A DNA stretch of 64,000 bases from Chiloscyllium plagiosum. Taxonomy: Eukaryota. The stretch covers positions 8,276,759-8,340,758 of the forward strand of contig NC_057757.1 in NCBI RefSeq assembly GCF_004010195.1, written 5' to 3'. Both the position numbers and the translations under genes were made by a program. The notes beneath the pieces were generated by a model, which worked only from the letters and a program-made list of their open reading frames with translations, made no database searches and was not told where the DNA came from. This document shows positions 1 through 12,459 of this stretch, in pieces; the first letter of the stretch is position 1, and each line of letters opens with the position of its first letter.

Positions 1-642
1 TGAACTGAGGTCCCTCAGCCTGGAAAGACTCATGTGGAGAAATGGTGTGCTCCCTCTGCCATGTGGAAATGATTTATCTTTGAGCAATTGAATAGAATGT
101 TTCCCTACAATTGTATCCAGATACTCCCGAATGAACTGTTTCGTGAGGAGACAGAAACACACATATAGAGAGACATGTAGAGACATACATGCAGACAGAA
201 ACACATACAGATAAACATGGAGACACACTGACAACACAGAGATACACAAACACATACATGGACATATACAGGTACTCATACACATCCTAACACATCTAGG
301 CACACAGATATTGCTTAGGACAGCAAAAGTGAAGACTCTAATAGAGCTCCTTGTTCTGAAAACTTAAGAAATTACTAGACTTTTCGGAATGTGAGAGTTT
401 ACTGGAAATTCGTGCATAATTTTAGCTGGAGAGCTGCATCTTTAACAAATTTGTGAAGGAAGCACGCATAAATAGTCTGGGTAGGAAAACCCTAGGCTGC
501 CTTTGAAATAATGAAAGCAATTTGAGTCAATGAACCAGAGTTGGCTATCCCTGAATTTTGCAGATTTTCCAAAATGGCAGCTCATGCTGGTGACTTGGGA
601 CTATGTGCTATCTTGTTATAGGATGATGAATCAGGAACAGAG
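1..642 (+). repeat. Segmental duplicate (direct) of 19283-19938, the 3' flank of gene A
   Basis: Colinear from tgaactgaggtccctcagc to ggaacagag, including the CA-rich tract; high identity by eye. Confidence 0.93.
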
Positions 643-1142
643 NNNNNNNNNNNNNNNNNNNNNNNNNNNNNNNNNNNNNNNNNNNNNNNNNNNNNNNNNN
701 NNNNNNNNNNNNNNNNNNNNNNNNNNNNNNNNNNNNNNNNNNNNNNNNNNNNNNNNNNNNNNNNNNNNNNNNNNNNNNNNNNNNNNNNNNNNNNNNNNNN
801 NNNNNNNNNNNNNNNNNNNNNNNNNNNNNNNNNNNNNNNNNNNNNNNNNNNNNNNNNNNNNNNNNNNNNNNNNNNNNNNNNNNNNNNNNNNNNNNNNNNN
901 NNNNNNNNNNNNNNNNNNNNNNNNNNNNNNNNNNNNNNNNNNNNNNNNNNNNNNNNNNNNNNNNNNNNNNNNNNNNNNNNNNNNNNNNNNNNNNNNNNNN
1001 NNNNNNNNNNNNNNNNNNNNNNNNNNNNNNNNNNNNNNNNNNNNNNNNNNNNNNNNNNNNNNNNNNNNNNNNNNNNNNNNNNNNNNNNNNNNNNNNNNNN
1101 NNNNNNNNNNNNNNNNNNNNNNNNNNNNNNNNNNNNNNNNNN
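643..1142. other. Assembly gap (500 N)
   Basis: Run of N. Confidence 1.
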
Positions 1143-1639
1143 AGACAGAGGGGTGAAAGTGATGAAGAAAACTGTGTCAAGTCCCAAAGCACATTCTTCC
1201 GAAGCACGGCCGCCCCCATACTCTAAACGTTGTCTCTGCTTTATCTCTAGCTCGGCAGATGCTGCCAGACCTGAGTCACAATGAAAAGCTACTCTTGGGG
1301 TGAGTCCTCATTCAGGATTCTCATCCAGTTCAGTGGCGGACAGGGTACAATATGGTAAAGTGTGTGAGTTTATGAACTGGGATTAGAAGGAGAGAGGTGC
1401 AGACTGTTTTCTGAATGAGGAAACGTTTCAGAAATCTGAAGCAGAAAGGGGCTTGTTAGCCCATGTTCAGGATTCTTTTCAGGTTAAAATGCAACTTCAG
1501 TTGGCAGTTAGGAAGGTAAATGGAACGTTATGTTTGTTTGAGAAAGTTAGTATACCAGAGCAGAAATATACTGCTCAGGCTGTATAAAGAATTTGGAATA
1601 CTGTGAGTAGTTTTGGGTCCCATATAGAAGGACAGATTG

Positions 1640-2371
1640 TTTTAATTTCAAAAATATACTTTATTCATGAAAAAGTATACATGCATCCATAGTTACTAAA
1701 GAATGTTGGTTCTACACAATAGCATATAAAGAAAATAAAGCAAATATTGGAGTTGTACACAATGCAATAAACAAACCTAAGGCATCTGTTACTTGTGTAA
1801 AATGATATTTATATATATTTGAACTACCAAAAGGTTCTGATAACAGAACAAACACACATTTAACTTTGACAGAAAGACCTTAGATAGTGGTTTTTCCCCA
1901 CTGTGTCTTGGCAGCAGCTGTCCCATGCTTCAGTGCATCCCTCAGCACATATGCCTGTCTGAAATGTCCCAGTCTGCAGATATTGGTCAGGATCAATGCC
2001 TTCCTCTGGAAAACCAATGTGTTTTAGGAAAACTAGAGAGTGTTGTTCACCGAGTTGATGGACATCCAGGCGCAGTCAATGTTTGTCTTGGTGGGCATCT
2101 ATGGGAACAGACTGAAGAAAACAGCGTCCTGCCTCACGGAACTGCTCGGGATTAAACTCAATAAAAAACTCTTTCTCTCGACTTTCTTTGCAAAGGCACA
2201 TTCCAGCAGAAGATGTGCGGTAGTCTCCTTTTCCCCCAACCACTATCATCAAACACTACAGCCACTTCGAGGGCAGCTTCTGTTGGTGGACACAGTCCCA
2301 CTATTCAGGAAGTAACTCATAGGTAATGTCCTTCTCATCACCAGCCAAGCGATGTCTTGGTGCTTGGTGAA
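1640..2371 (-). mobile_element. Tx1/L1-clade LINE 3' fragment
   Basis: The minus strand encodes the ORF2 C-terminus (HQDIAWLV..., CCHC zinc-finger region, ...AKTQWGKTT) followed by a 3' UTR with AATAAA. Confidence 0.75.
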
Positions 2372-3670
2372 GCACGTGCAGAATCTTGGAAGGAGATCAA
2401 GCCAACATGAGGCAGAAGCTGGGCGTTTAGGTGGACTACTCCTTCTGCATGGTAGGTAAGAAGATGGCCATCAGGTGCAATTTCTCATATGCGGTGTAAG
2501 TCCGCACCATTCCCAGAACCTAGGCTGTGGCAGTCACTCCAGCCATCTTCCACTTCATCTGGAGGTCTAACATGCGCCACATCCGCAGGGAGACCAAGTA
2601 GAAAGTTCTGGATAATGAGAGGGTTAATGAATGTACCCAAGCAGCCCACATCCTAATGGCCATCTTTGTGTGTGGCTGCATCAAGCTGCGGGTAGACTCT
2701 TTGCACACAAACACCAAGTGTCTCTATGTGCTGAGATTCAGCCTGTTCTTGGTGTTCCTTCGACCTGCTGCGCTTTTCCAGCAACACATTTTCAGCTCTG
2801 TCCTTGGTGTTGCCAAGAATGGGGCTTACCTCGTTGCCATGAAACACTCCAAGTCGTGGAAAATTCCATATCACCTGTTCTTCATGGAGAAATTTGGAAA
2901 GAACAGAAGTCCCTCAAGGAGTGATCTGCACATAGCATCCTTGAGACTCTGCAGGAAAAGGAGACTGTCAAAGCCATTTGGCACAATATCTCACACCAGA
3001 ACTTTCCAACAATCTGCAGGTGAGAAAGGCATTAACTGTGAGATCCTTTTTGTATTTCCAGACTGTGTGCACCACCGCATGCTACCCTCAAAGTGGCTGT
3101 GGGGGTGCTAGAGACTGTCACACATCTCCTTCTGGAAATATGCTTTAAAGGAAGTCTGGAGAAAAAATGCACTGGTTTTTGTCGAGGTTTGTCCTGAATT
3201 GCTCCATCACACAGAACTCTGTGCTCTCTGGTGTGTTCCCCGGAAAGCAGAGACAAACATTGACCGTGTCTGGATGACCATCAATTTGTTAGAAGATACT
3301 CCTTGGTCTGCCTGAAATTCATTGGTCTTCCACAACAAGGTATTGACCCTTACCAACTGTTGCAGACTGGCATGATCCAAGGTCCAGGACTATGTGCTGA
3401 GGGACACAGTAAAGCTTAGGGCAGCTACCTCAAAGGGGCAGTGGGGAAAGAACACTGTCTGAGATCTTCCTCCTGAGGGTAAATGGGACTGTTCAGTTAT
3501 TGGATCCTTCCAGTGCCTCCTCTATATGTGAACATAATCTTGTAAGAAATGCATTTGGTTTGATTGGTGGATAGAGTCAAACTCCAATCTTTGTTTTCTT
3601 CAATGTGCTACCGCACATTGAGTGACTATGTATGGATACAAAGATATTTAATGAAGAAAGGATATTATTT
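2372..3670 (+). mobile_element. Tx1/L1-clade LINE 3' fragment
   Basis: Degenerate ORF2 (AIFHFIWRS, LMAIFVCGCIKL...NTKCLYVLRF, ETVTHLLLE, VQDYVLRD...QWGKNTV) plus a 3' UTR. Confidence 0.78.
2757..2797 (+). mobile_element. 41-bp Penelope-type terminal fragment with 14-bp TSD (1 mismatch)
   Basis: gacctgctgcgcttttccagcaacacattttcagc flanked by ctgttcttggtgtt (2743-2756) and ctgtccttggtgtt (2798-2811). Confidence 0.7.
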
Positions 3671-3935
3671 GGGATGACACGGTGGCTCAGTGGCTAGCAC
3701 TGCTGCCTCACAGTGTGAAGGAAACAGGTTTGATTCCCACCCTGAGCGACTGTCTGTGTAGAGTTTGCACATTTTCCACCTGTCTACAGTGTTTCCTCTG
3801 GGTGCTTTTCCCATAACCTAAAGATGTGGAGGTAAGGTGAATTCACCATGCCACATTGCCCATAGTGCTAAGTGCACTAGTCAGCGGTAAATGTTGGGCA
3901 ATGGGTCTGGGTAGGGTACTCTTCGGAGGTTCTAA
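3671..3935 (+). mobile_element. HE1-like tRNA-derived SINE
   Basis: cacggtggctcagtggctagcactgctgcctcacag head, degenerate B box and the conserved gagtttgcacatt core. Confidence 0.85.
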
Positions 3936-4029
3936 TCTATATCTTTGTTTTGAAATACGAAAAGCATTGAGCTGAAGGAGGTGGTGAACAAGTCGTGTCA
4001 ACAGCAGGCTCGGAATGATCTTTCTGAGT

Positions 4030-4800
4030 AAAGTTCCTATCACCGGATCCAGTGAGATAGGCTCACTGTCAGGATTTCAAACCCTCACTTTCCAATTGTA
4101 AATATTGTCTAACTTATACAGTGTGATTGCGAAGTATCACTTTCAATCTGATATAAACAAAATATTCGTTAAACAACTGTAAATAATATAACTGCTCAGT
4201 TAACCTGATTGACTTCCTTGAGGTTTGATATGGGAATTGAAATTGGATTTTGTTGTCATGTATATCCACGTATATGAATGCACATGCACAGTGAAAAGTG
4301 AAAACTAAGATTTCTCAAAATTATAGGTTCACATCAATTGGTTTGGCCATAACCCAGTCAGAATCTGTCCACTCTCGTGGAGAATGGGGAAACCGCTATC
4401 AAGTAACTGAAAGACCTTTGCTGTCCGATTCTTGAAATTGTTGCTCTTCCTGGTGATTCATGGTTCAGCCCCAGTGTATTGGAAGAGAGCAGGTGGAAGC
4501 CCTGCAATCAAAAAGGGAGAGAGAAAGCAGAAAGAATAGCCCAGTCAGTTTAACATGACACCGGGAATCTGTTGGACGTTATTATTCAAGAAGATGTAGG
4601 AGGATATATTGATCAGTTCAAGTTAATCTGGCAGAGTCAAAATCGTTTCGTGATTCTACTGAATTTCTTTGAGGATGGAACATGTGTCATTGATAAAGGG
4701 GACTGTACTGAGCTTGTGTTTTTTAAATAAGGTGAGAAGGCAAAGGTTATGGCGGGATGGAAAGTTTCAAGGTGTAGGGGGAATTATTTAGCGGGAGAAC
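4030..4800 (+). repeat. Cluster-flank module (non-TE part plus ancient CR1 RT relic), copy 1 of 3
   Basis: Aligns with 13620-14440 and 60230-60930 (ctttccaattgtaaatattgtc...ggagaatggggaaac...ggtgattcatggttcag). Confidence 0.8.
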
Positions 4801-4869
4801 GGTAGTTTACTGAATTGGGGAAGAAATTGGAAGGAATATTTAACAGTCATAACTCTTCTGAGGCTTTAT

Positions 4870-5590
4870 GTTAGTTGTCCAATTTCCATTTCTTTTTACT
4901 CTTTGGCCCTTGCTGCCTTCTCTTCACCGTGGATGTGCAATCCCTTTGCACATCTGACTCTCATCAGGATTTTCTGAACGCTCTCTGATTCTTCCTCAAA
5001 CAGAGACCTGAACAGTTCCCAACCACTACCATCCATTTTTTCCAGTATGGTCTCATTTGTAACATTTTTTTGTTAATTTGTCTCACTTTCGCCAAGTCCA
5101 ATATGTGGTTCTGGCTACTTGTACGAGTCCCTGTTGTATCTATGTCATTTTGGGGTAATACAGAATGTTCTTTGGTCCAGTAACAGATAGGGATCCACCT
5201 CCAACACTTCTTCCAATATACTGGTGATGCAATTGATGCTATTAATGGTTATGCAAAAATTAGAAGAGAGATCAATTTGCTTCTAATTTCTAAACCTCTC
5301 TCACATAGCCCTCTGATCCATTTCTGACATCCTTTCCTTGATCTCTGTTTCCATTTCTGACCAAGGTTGTACACCAATATCCATCGACTCCCACAGTTAT
5401 CTTGAATACTCTTCCTCACATCCTGCTTACTGCAAGGAATCCATTCCATTCTCCCTGTTACTGCATCTTCATCTGTGCTGATGATGACATCTTTCACACC
5501 CCCTCCCCGTGTATCCAACATCACCTCCTTTGTCCTCAACTGAGGATTCCCCTCCTCCACTCTGGTAAATATGGCCACAACTCATATACT
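4870..5590 (+). mobile_element. Old Penelope-like element RT fragment
   Basis: Degenerate LFTVDVQSLCTS...FFLKQRPEQFPTTT, and later HPAYCKESIPFS. Confidence 0.65.
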
Positions 5591-6003
5591 CAATGAATCA
5601 ACAAAAGAGTTCAGTTGAGAACTTTAAAAAAAGGGGCAGTCACAGTTTATCTGACCAAATCCTTTGAGGAAAATAAAAGTGCAGGATGTAAGGTATTTCT
5701 GAATGTTAAAACATTTGAGCAGGAGTGGCTGGGGATTTCATCTCTCAAATATTGAGTGGGAAATGAACAGAGTGAATGGCTCTGAGAACACCAAATTCTT
5801 GAATCATATTTAACCAAGTGCATCAGCACAAAGATACAGATAGCAAGTCCAGGTGTAATCTTTTGAAATGAAGCCAAGACTTTGGATGAATTGCCAGAGA
5901 TGGAGTATTTTTGAGCCAGTGAAATTAGTACAGTCAACATTAGCACAAATATGGAACAAGACAAAGACAACAAGGGTAGAGCTTTGATGTCTGCTGCAGA
6001 CAA

Positions 6004-8050
6004 GTAGAGTCATAGGGATGTACAGCCCGGAAACAAACCATTCGGAGCAACTCATCCATGGAGACCACATATCCCAACCTAATCTAGTCCCACTTGCCAG
6101 CACCTGGCGCGTATCCCTCCAAATCCCTCCTCCAGCCTCCACCACTTCCTCTGGTAGCTCATTCCAAACACACACCACTCTCTGTGTTATAAAGTTGCCC
6201 CTTAAATCTCATTTATATCTTTCCACTCTCACCCTAAACCTAATCCCTCGAGTTCTGGACTCCCCCAACTCGGGAAAATACCATGTCTATTTACCCTATA
6301 CATGCCCTTCATGATTTTGTAAACGTCTATAAGGTCACCCCTTAGCCCCTGACGCTCCAGGGAAACAGCCCCAGCCTTTTCAGCCTCTGCCTATAGCTCA
6401 AATCCTTTAACCCAGGCAGCATTCTTGCAAATCATTTCTGAAGCCTTTCAAGTTTCACAAGATCGTTCCAATAGGGAAGAGATCAGAATTATACACAATA
6501 TTCCAAAACTGGCCTAACAAATGTCCTTATCAGCCACAATATATCCTCGCAATTCCTATACACAATCCTCTGGCCAATAAAGGAAAGCGTACCAAAGGCC
6601 TTCTTCACTATACTATCGACCTGCGAGTCTACTTTCAAGGATCTATGAAGCTGCACTTCAAGGACTCATTGTTCAGCATCACTCCCTAGAACCTTACCAT
6701 TAAATGTATAAGTCCTCCTAATATTTTCTTTCCCACAATACAGCACTCACAGTTATCAATATTAAACTCCATCTGCCACTCCTCAGCCATTGGCCCATCT
6801 GATCAAAATCATGTTGTAACCTGTGGTCAAATTCTTCGCTGTCCACTACACCTCCAATTTTAGTGTCATCTGCAAACTTACTATCTATACCTCCTATGTT
6901 CACATACAAATCATTTATATAAATGATGAAAAATAGTGGACCCAGCACCGATCCTTGTGGCATTGCACTGGTCACAGGCCTCCAGTCTGAAAAGCAACCC
7001 TCCACCTCCACCTTCGAGCCAGTTCTGTATTCAAATGGCTACTTCTCCCTGCATTCCATGAGAGCTCAAACGCTAACCAGTGTCCCATTGTTGAACGTCT
7101 TACTGAAGTCCATATAGATCATGTCCACTGCTCATCAATCCTTTTTGTTACTTCATCAACAAACTCAATCAAGACATGACTTCCCATGCACAAAGCCATG
7201 TTGACTATCCCTAATCAATCCCTGCCTTTCCAAATGCATGTAAATCCTGTCCCTCCAGATTCCCTCCAACAACTTGTCCACCACCAATGTCAGGCTCATC
7301 GGTCTACAGCTTCCTGGCTTGTCCTTACCACATTTCTTAAATAGTAGTACCACGTTAGCCAACCTCTAGTCTTCTGGCACTTCACCTGTGACTACTGATG
7401 ATACAAATATCTCAGCAAGGGGCCTAGCGATCACTTCTATATCTTCCCACGGAACTCTAGGATACATCTGAGCCGGCCGTGGGGATTTATCCACCGTTAT
7501 GCGTTTCAAACCAGTTCTTCCACCTCTGTATTATGGACATTTTTCAAGATGTTACCATCTATTTTCCTACATTCTAAATCTTCCTTGTCCTTCTTCACAG
7601 TAAACACAGATGCAAAACACTCAACTGGTATCTTCTCTGTCTCCTGAAACTCCACACAAAGTCCACCTGGCTGATCTTTTGAGGGGTCTATTCTCTCCCT
7701 AGTTACCCTTTTGTCCTTAATGTATTTGTAAATGCCCTTTGGATTCTCCTTAACCCTATTTGCCAAAGCTATCTCATGTCCCCTTTTTGCTCTCCTGATT
7801 TCCCCCTTAAGTATACTCCTGAATGTTTATACCCTTCTAAGAACTCACTCAATCTATCCTGCCTACACCTGACATATGCTTTCTTATTTTTCTTAACCAA
7901 ACCCTCAATTTCTCTAGTCATCCAGCATTCCCTACACCTAACAGCTTTTCCTTTCACCAGAACTGGAAAGTACTGTCTCTGGACTCTCGTAATTTCATTG
8001 GTGAAGGCTTCCCATCCCTGTACCTGCAAATATCTGCCCTTAAATCAGCT
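6004..8050 (-). mobile_element. CR1 LINE, 5'-truncated
   Basis: RT motifs MPQGSVLGPLFFIIYINDL, KFADDTKIGG and DSQHGF; 3' tail (ctatgactcta). Confidence 0.93.
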
Positions 8051-8059
8051 TTTGAAAGT

Positions 8060-8694
8060 TAGAGTCATAGAGATGTCCAGCATGGAAACTGACTCTTCGG
8101 TCCAACCCGTCTATGGCAACGAGATATCCCAACCCAATATAGTCCCACCTGCCAGCACATGGTCCACAACTCTCCAAACCTTTCCTATTCATATACCCAT
8201 CTGAATGCCTATTAAATGTTGCAATTCTACCAGCCTCCACCAGTTCTCCTGGCAGCTCATTCCATACACGTACCGCCCTCTGCGTGAAAAAGTTGCCCCT
8301 TAGATCTCTTTTATATGTTTCCCCTCTCACCCTAAACCTATGTCCTCTAGTTCTGGACTCCCCCATCCCGGGGAAAGACTTTGCCTATTTATCCTATACA
8401 CGCCCCTCATAATTTTGTTAACCTCTATAAGATCACCCCTCAGCCTCTGATGCTCCAGGGAAAACAGCCCCAGCCTGTTCAGCGTCTCCCTATAGCTCAA
8501 ATTCTCCAAACCTGGCAACATCCTTGTAAATCTTGTCTGAAATCTTTTCAAGTTTCACAACATCCTTCCGATAGGAAGGAGACCAGAATTGCACATAATA
8601 TTCCAACAGTGGTCTAACCAATGTCCTGTACAGCCTCAACATGACCTCCCAATGCCTGTACTCAATGCTCTGACTAATAAAGGAGAGCATACCA
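8060..8694 (-). mobile_element. CR1 LINE 3' fragment
   Basis: LYRTLVRPLLEY...SRTRGHRFRVRG and the same 3' tail. Confidence 0.92.
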
Positions 8695-9599
8695 CAGTTA
8701 TATTTCCATATCCAGAGCCCCATTCTTGTCCCCAGGCATGGAGGGTGAGAGGGAACAGCAAAACAAAGATTCTTCTCATGATAAAAAAATCCTGAAGTTA
8801 TCGCCCAATAGATCATCCAAATGGATGAAATATAAATTAAAAACAAAACTCAGAAAGGCCAAGGTAGCATAGAGAAAATATTTGCGGATTAGTTCGATAA
8901 ATAAGAAAGATATTTACCAATAGATTAATACCAAAGGTATATCCATGACAATTATAAGATGTTAAAGCAGTACAAGATGAATGATGTAAGCCAATGCACA
9001 TTCTCGCACTATTGTTCATACACAAACCTTGAAATCCAATGCATTACTTATTATTTAGTAACTTCAATCGCTTTGAATCATGTAATTGAGTTTGCGATTT
9101 ATTCCATGTTGATGAATATAAACTTGTTGTGGTAAAGATCTATTGAAAGATTCACCTGAAGAAGCATCTCATGAATTTACATTGAAGGGGAAATTTTCTG
9201 GTGTCCAAAGAACTGCATCAAGGGAAGATAGAGTGGATCATCGAGACGGTGGTGGAGAACCATGTCCCATTGTTTCTATGACTATTAATATGAGGCATTC
9301 TTGAAATAACACCGCAGACAGCAGCTCATGTTTCTTCAACAATAACATCAAAGAGAGAAACAGGGAAATGATATCTGGATATGGCTTCATTCATGATGAG
9401 TGCTTATGCCTGAAACATCGAATCATCTGCTCCGCGGATGCTACCTGACCTGCTGTACTTTGCTAGTGCCATACCTTTTTGACTCTGACTCTTCAGCATC
9501 TGCAGTCCTCACTTTCTCCTGATGGCCTCATTTCAGACAGTGATGTCATTGAAACCAATTAAATGGCCCAATACCAAAAATTTCCTAACATAACACGCT

Positions 9600-10490
9600 A
9601 GGCAGGGGATAGAACACAGGACATAGAACAGTACTGCACATTGCAGGCCCTTGATGTCGTGCCTGCCCTTTATCCCACTCTAAGACCAGATCAGCCTGCA
9701 TACCCTTCATTGCAGTATTTTCCATGTGCCTTTCCAAGAGTCGCTTAAATGTCCATAATGTATCTGAGTCTACGACCACTGCTGGCAGTGCATTCTATGC
9801 ACCCACCTCTCTCTGTATAAAGAACCTACCTCTGGCATCTCCCGAACCCTTCCTCCAATTCCCTTAAATTTAAGCCCACTTGTGATAGAATTTCTGCCAT
9901 GGGAAAACGTCTCTGGCTATCTATTCTGTCTATGCCTCTCAATATCTTGTACACCTCTATCAAGTCACCTCTCATCAATCTTGGCTAGAATGAGAAAAGT
10001 CCTATCTCCTCAACTTTTCTTCATAAGATATGCCCTCCTGTCCAGGCAGGATCCTGGGAAATCTCCTCTGCACCCTCTCTAAAGCTTCCACATCTTTCCT
10101 ATAATGAGGCGAACAGAACTGAACACAATACTTCAAGTGTGGTCTAATCAGGGCTCTGTAGAGCTACAGCATAACCTCATGACTCTTAAACGCAATTTCC
10201 TTGCTAATGAGACCCAACACAATATACACCTTCTTAACAACCCTATCAACTTGGTTGTCATCTTTGAGGGATCTATGGACATGGATCCCAAGATCCCTCT
10301 GTTTCTCCACAATGCCAAGAATCCTGCCTTTTCCCTTGTATTCTGCATTCAAATTCAAATTTCCAAAATGAATCACTTCACACTTTTCCAGGTTGAACTC
10401 CATCTGCCACTTATCAGACCAGTTCTGCAATGTGTCAATGTCCCGTTGCAACCTCCAACACTGTTCACACTGTCCACAATTCCATCAACC
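9600..10490 (-). mobile_element. CR1 LINE 3' fragment (different subfamily)
   Basis: QRDIDTLQNWSDKWQMEFNLEKCEVIHFG. Confidence 0.9.
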
Positions 10491-10739
10491 TGAATGGCCT
10501 GTTTCTACATTATAGAGGTTCTGTACGAAAGCGGTGTTGAAACAGAAGAGCCCAACAGAAATTTCTGGAGAAACTCAGCAGGTTTGGCAATATTTATGCA
10601 GAGAAAATAGAGTTAACATTTCGAATCCGGTGACCATTCATCTGAAATAGTTTGTTCGGGTTCTTCAAAATCAAGCGCAATGGTCTGTTTTTGTCGGAAA
10701 TGGGAGGTGAGGCAAGAGAGAAAGGGGAGAGGCGCTTTT

Positions 10740-11190
10740 GGTTAGGGAAAACACCATGACAATAGTTTGAGAAGATATTCCTGAGGTATCATACACTGAA
10801 GCTGTATGGGTGAAACTGAGAAAAAGAAGGATATGATCACTTTGATGGGATCATAATGTAGATCCTGCATTAGTTAGCAGTTTATTGAGAAGCAAATATG
10901 AAGGGACTTTACTGATAGCTGTAAGAAACAGGATTGCAATTGAAGGGGATTTCAATTTTCCAAACACAGACTGGGACTGGATGAGGGGAACTTGTTAAAT
11001 GCATTCAAGAATACTGTTTCAATCAATATGTAAATTGCCCTGCGAGAGGAGGGACAAAACTCAACCTCCTCTTGAGAAATAAGGGAGGGCAGGTGACTGT
11101 GGCAGTCGAGGGAAAACACTTGGGGTAATTCTATTAGTTTTAAAACAGTTCTGGAAAATGATAGGTTGGTCCACAACTTAAAGTTTTGTA
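10740..11190 (+). mobile_element. CR1 endonuclease-domain fragment
   Basis: EAVWVKLR, GDFNFPNTDWD, REGTKLNLLL-like segments. Confidence 0.75.
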
Positions 11191-11819
11191 GTTGTCTTTG
11201 CGCTTCATTCATTCTCTGTATATTACGTCCTTATCAGTGTGATTTGTAAAATTTATTTCCCAGTCTTTGATATTGTAACCGGAGTGGGATTTAATCTACA
11301 ATCGGGCTAATGTTTGCACGTCTGATGGAAGGGGTCAAAATAAAGCAAAGACAATTTAAACAAGACAGCCGGTTCAAAACAAGATACATATGGAGGAGCT
11401 CTCACTAGAAATGATGCCATGTAAAACCCAAGTGTTGAGCCATTGGCTGTGCAGTAAACTGTAATCTGCTCCTGTTTAAGCAAATAGGTAGCTGTGAACC
11501 ACAGTTCACTTCTCTGGTGGGAGTTGAAGGCAATGACCTCATCTCAAGTGAGGCATAATTAAACGGAATATTATTAGTCTATTGTGTTGCCAAGACTTGA
11601 AAATCCATACTTACCTGGTCAATAAGAAGAAATAGATATCTGTCTGACGTGGATTTGTGTATAAAAATATGATTGCAACCACCAAAAGGCAGACTCCACG
11701 CAAAGGTGATGGTTCACCCTTTAAGTTCCAGTCCCTTACATTGCAAATAATAAGGGCGCAGTGTGTAACAAGAATACTATTGTCTGACCAAATGTTTCAT
11801 CAACAATAGCATCATCAAT

Positions 11820-12455
11820 TCATTGAGCTTACAGCATATAAACAGAAACTTTGGTCCAACCCGTTCATGCTGCCAGATACTCTAAATTAATCTAGCCCCA
11901 TTTGCCTTTGATTGGCCCATTTCCCTCCTATTCATATACCCATCCAGATGCCTTTTAAATATTGTAATTGTACCCGCCTCCACAGCAAACTCTGGCAGCT
12001 CATTCCATGCATGTACCACCTTCTGTGTGAAAAACAATGTCATTATGTCCCTTCTAAAACTTTTCTTTCTCACCTTAAATCTATGTAATCTAGTTTTGGA
12101 TGGCGCTATCCTGAAAAAAAAACACACAGACCTTGGCAATGAACCCTATCTATGTCACTCATCACCTTTCAAACTTCGAAGAGGTCACCCCTCAGCCTCT
12201 GACACTCCAGTGAAAACAGCCACAGCCTTTTCAGCCTCTCCTTCGAGCTCAAACCCTCCAACCCAAATACTTATACTTCTTTTCTGCACCCTTTCAAGTT
12301 TAACAACATCCTTCCTATAGCAGGTAGACCAGAATTGAACGTGGCATTCCAAATGTGACCGAACCGTTGTCCGAGACAGCTGAAACATAACCACACAACT
12401 GCGATACTCAATGCACTATCACGTACAGGCAAGCTTACCAAACACCTTCTTCAGT
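11820..12455 (-). mobile_element. CR1 LINE 3' fragment
   Basis: HLECHVQFWSTCYRKDVVKLERVQKR; FFTQKVVHAWNELP. Confidence 0.88.
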
Positions 12456-12459
12456 CATC

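Noticed and set aside
530..1219. ORFs of about 200 aa spanning the first gap
   Set aside because: Artefacts of the N run.
3671..3760. tRNA-like heads here and at 29.2, 35.2, 39.6, 40.2 and 61.4 kb
   Set aside because: They are SINE heads followed by the HE1 core and tail, not tRNA genes.
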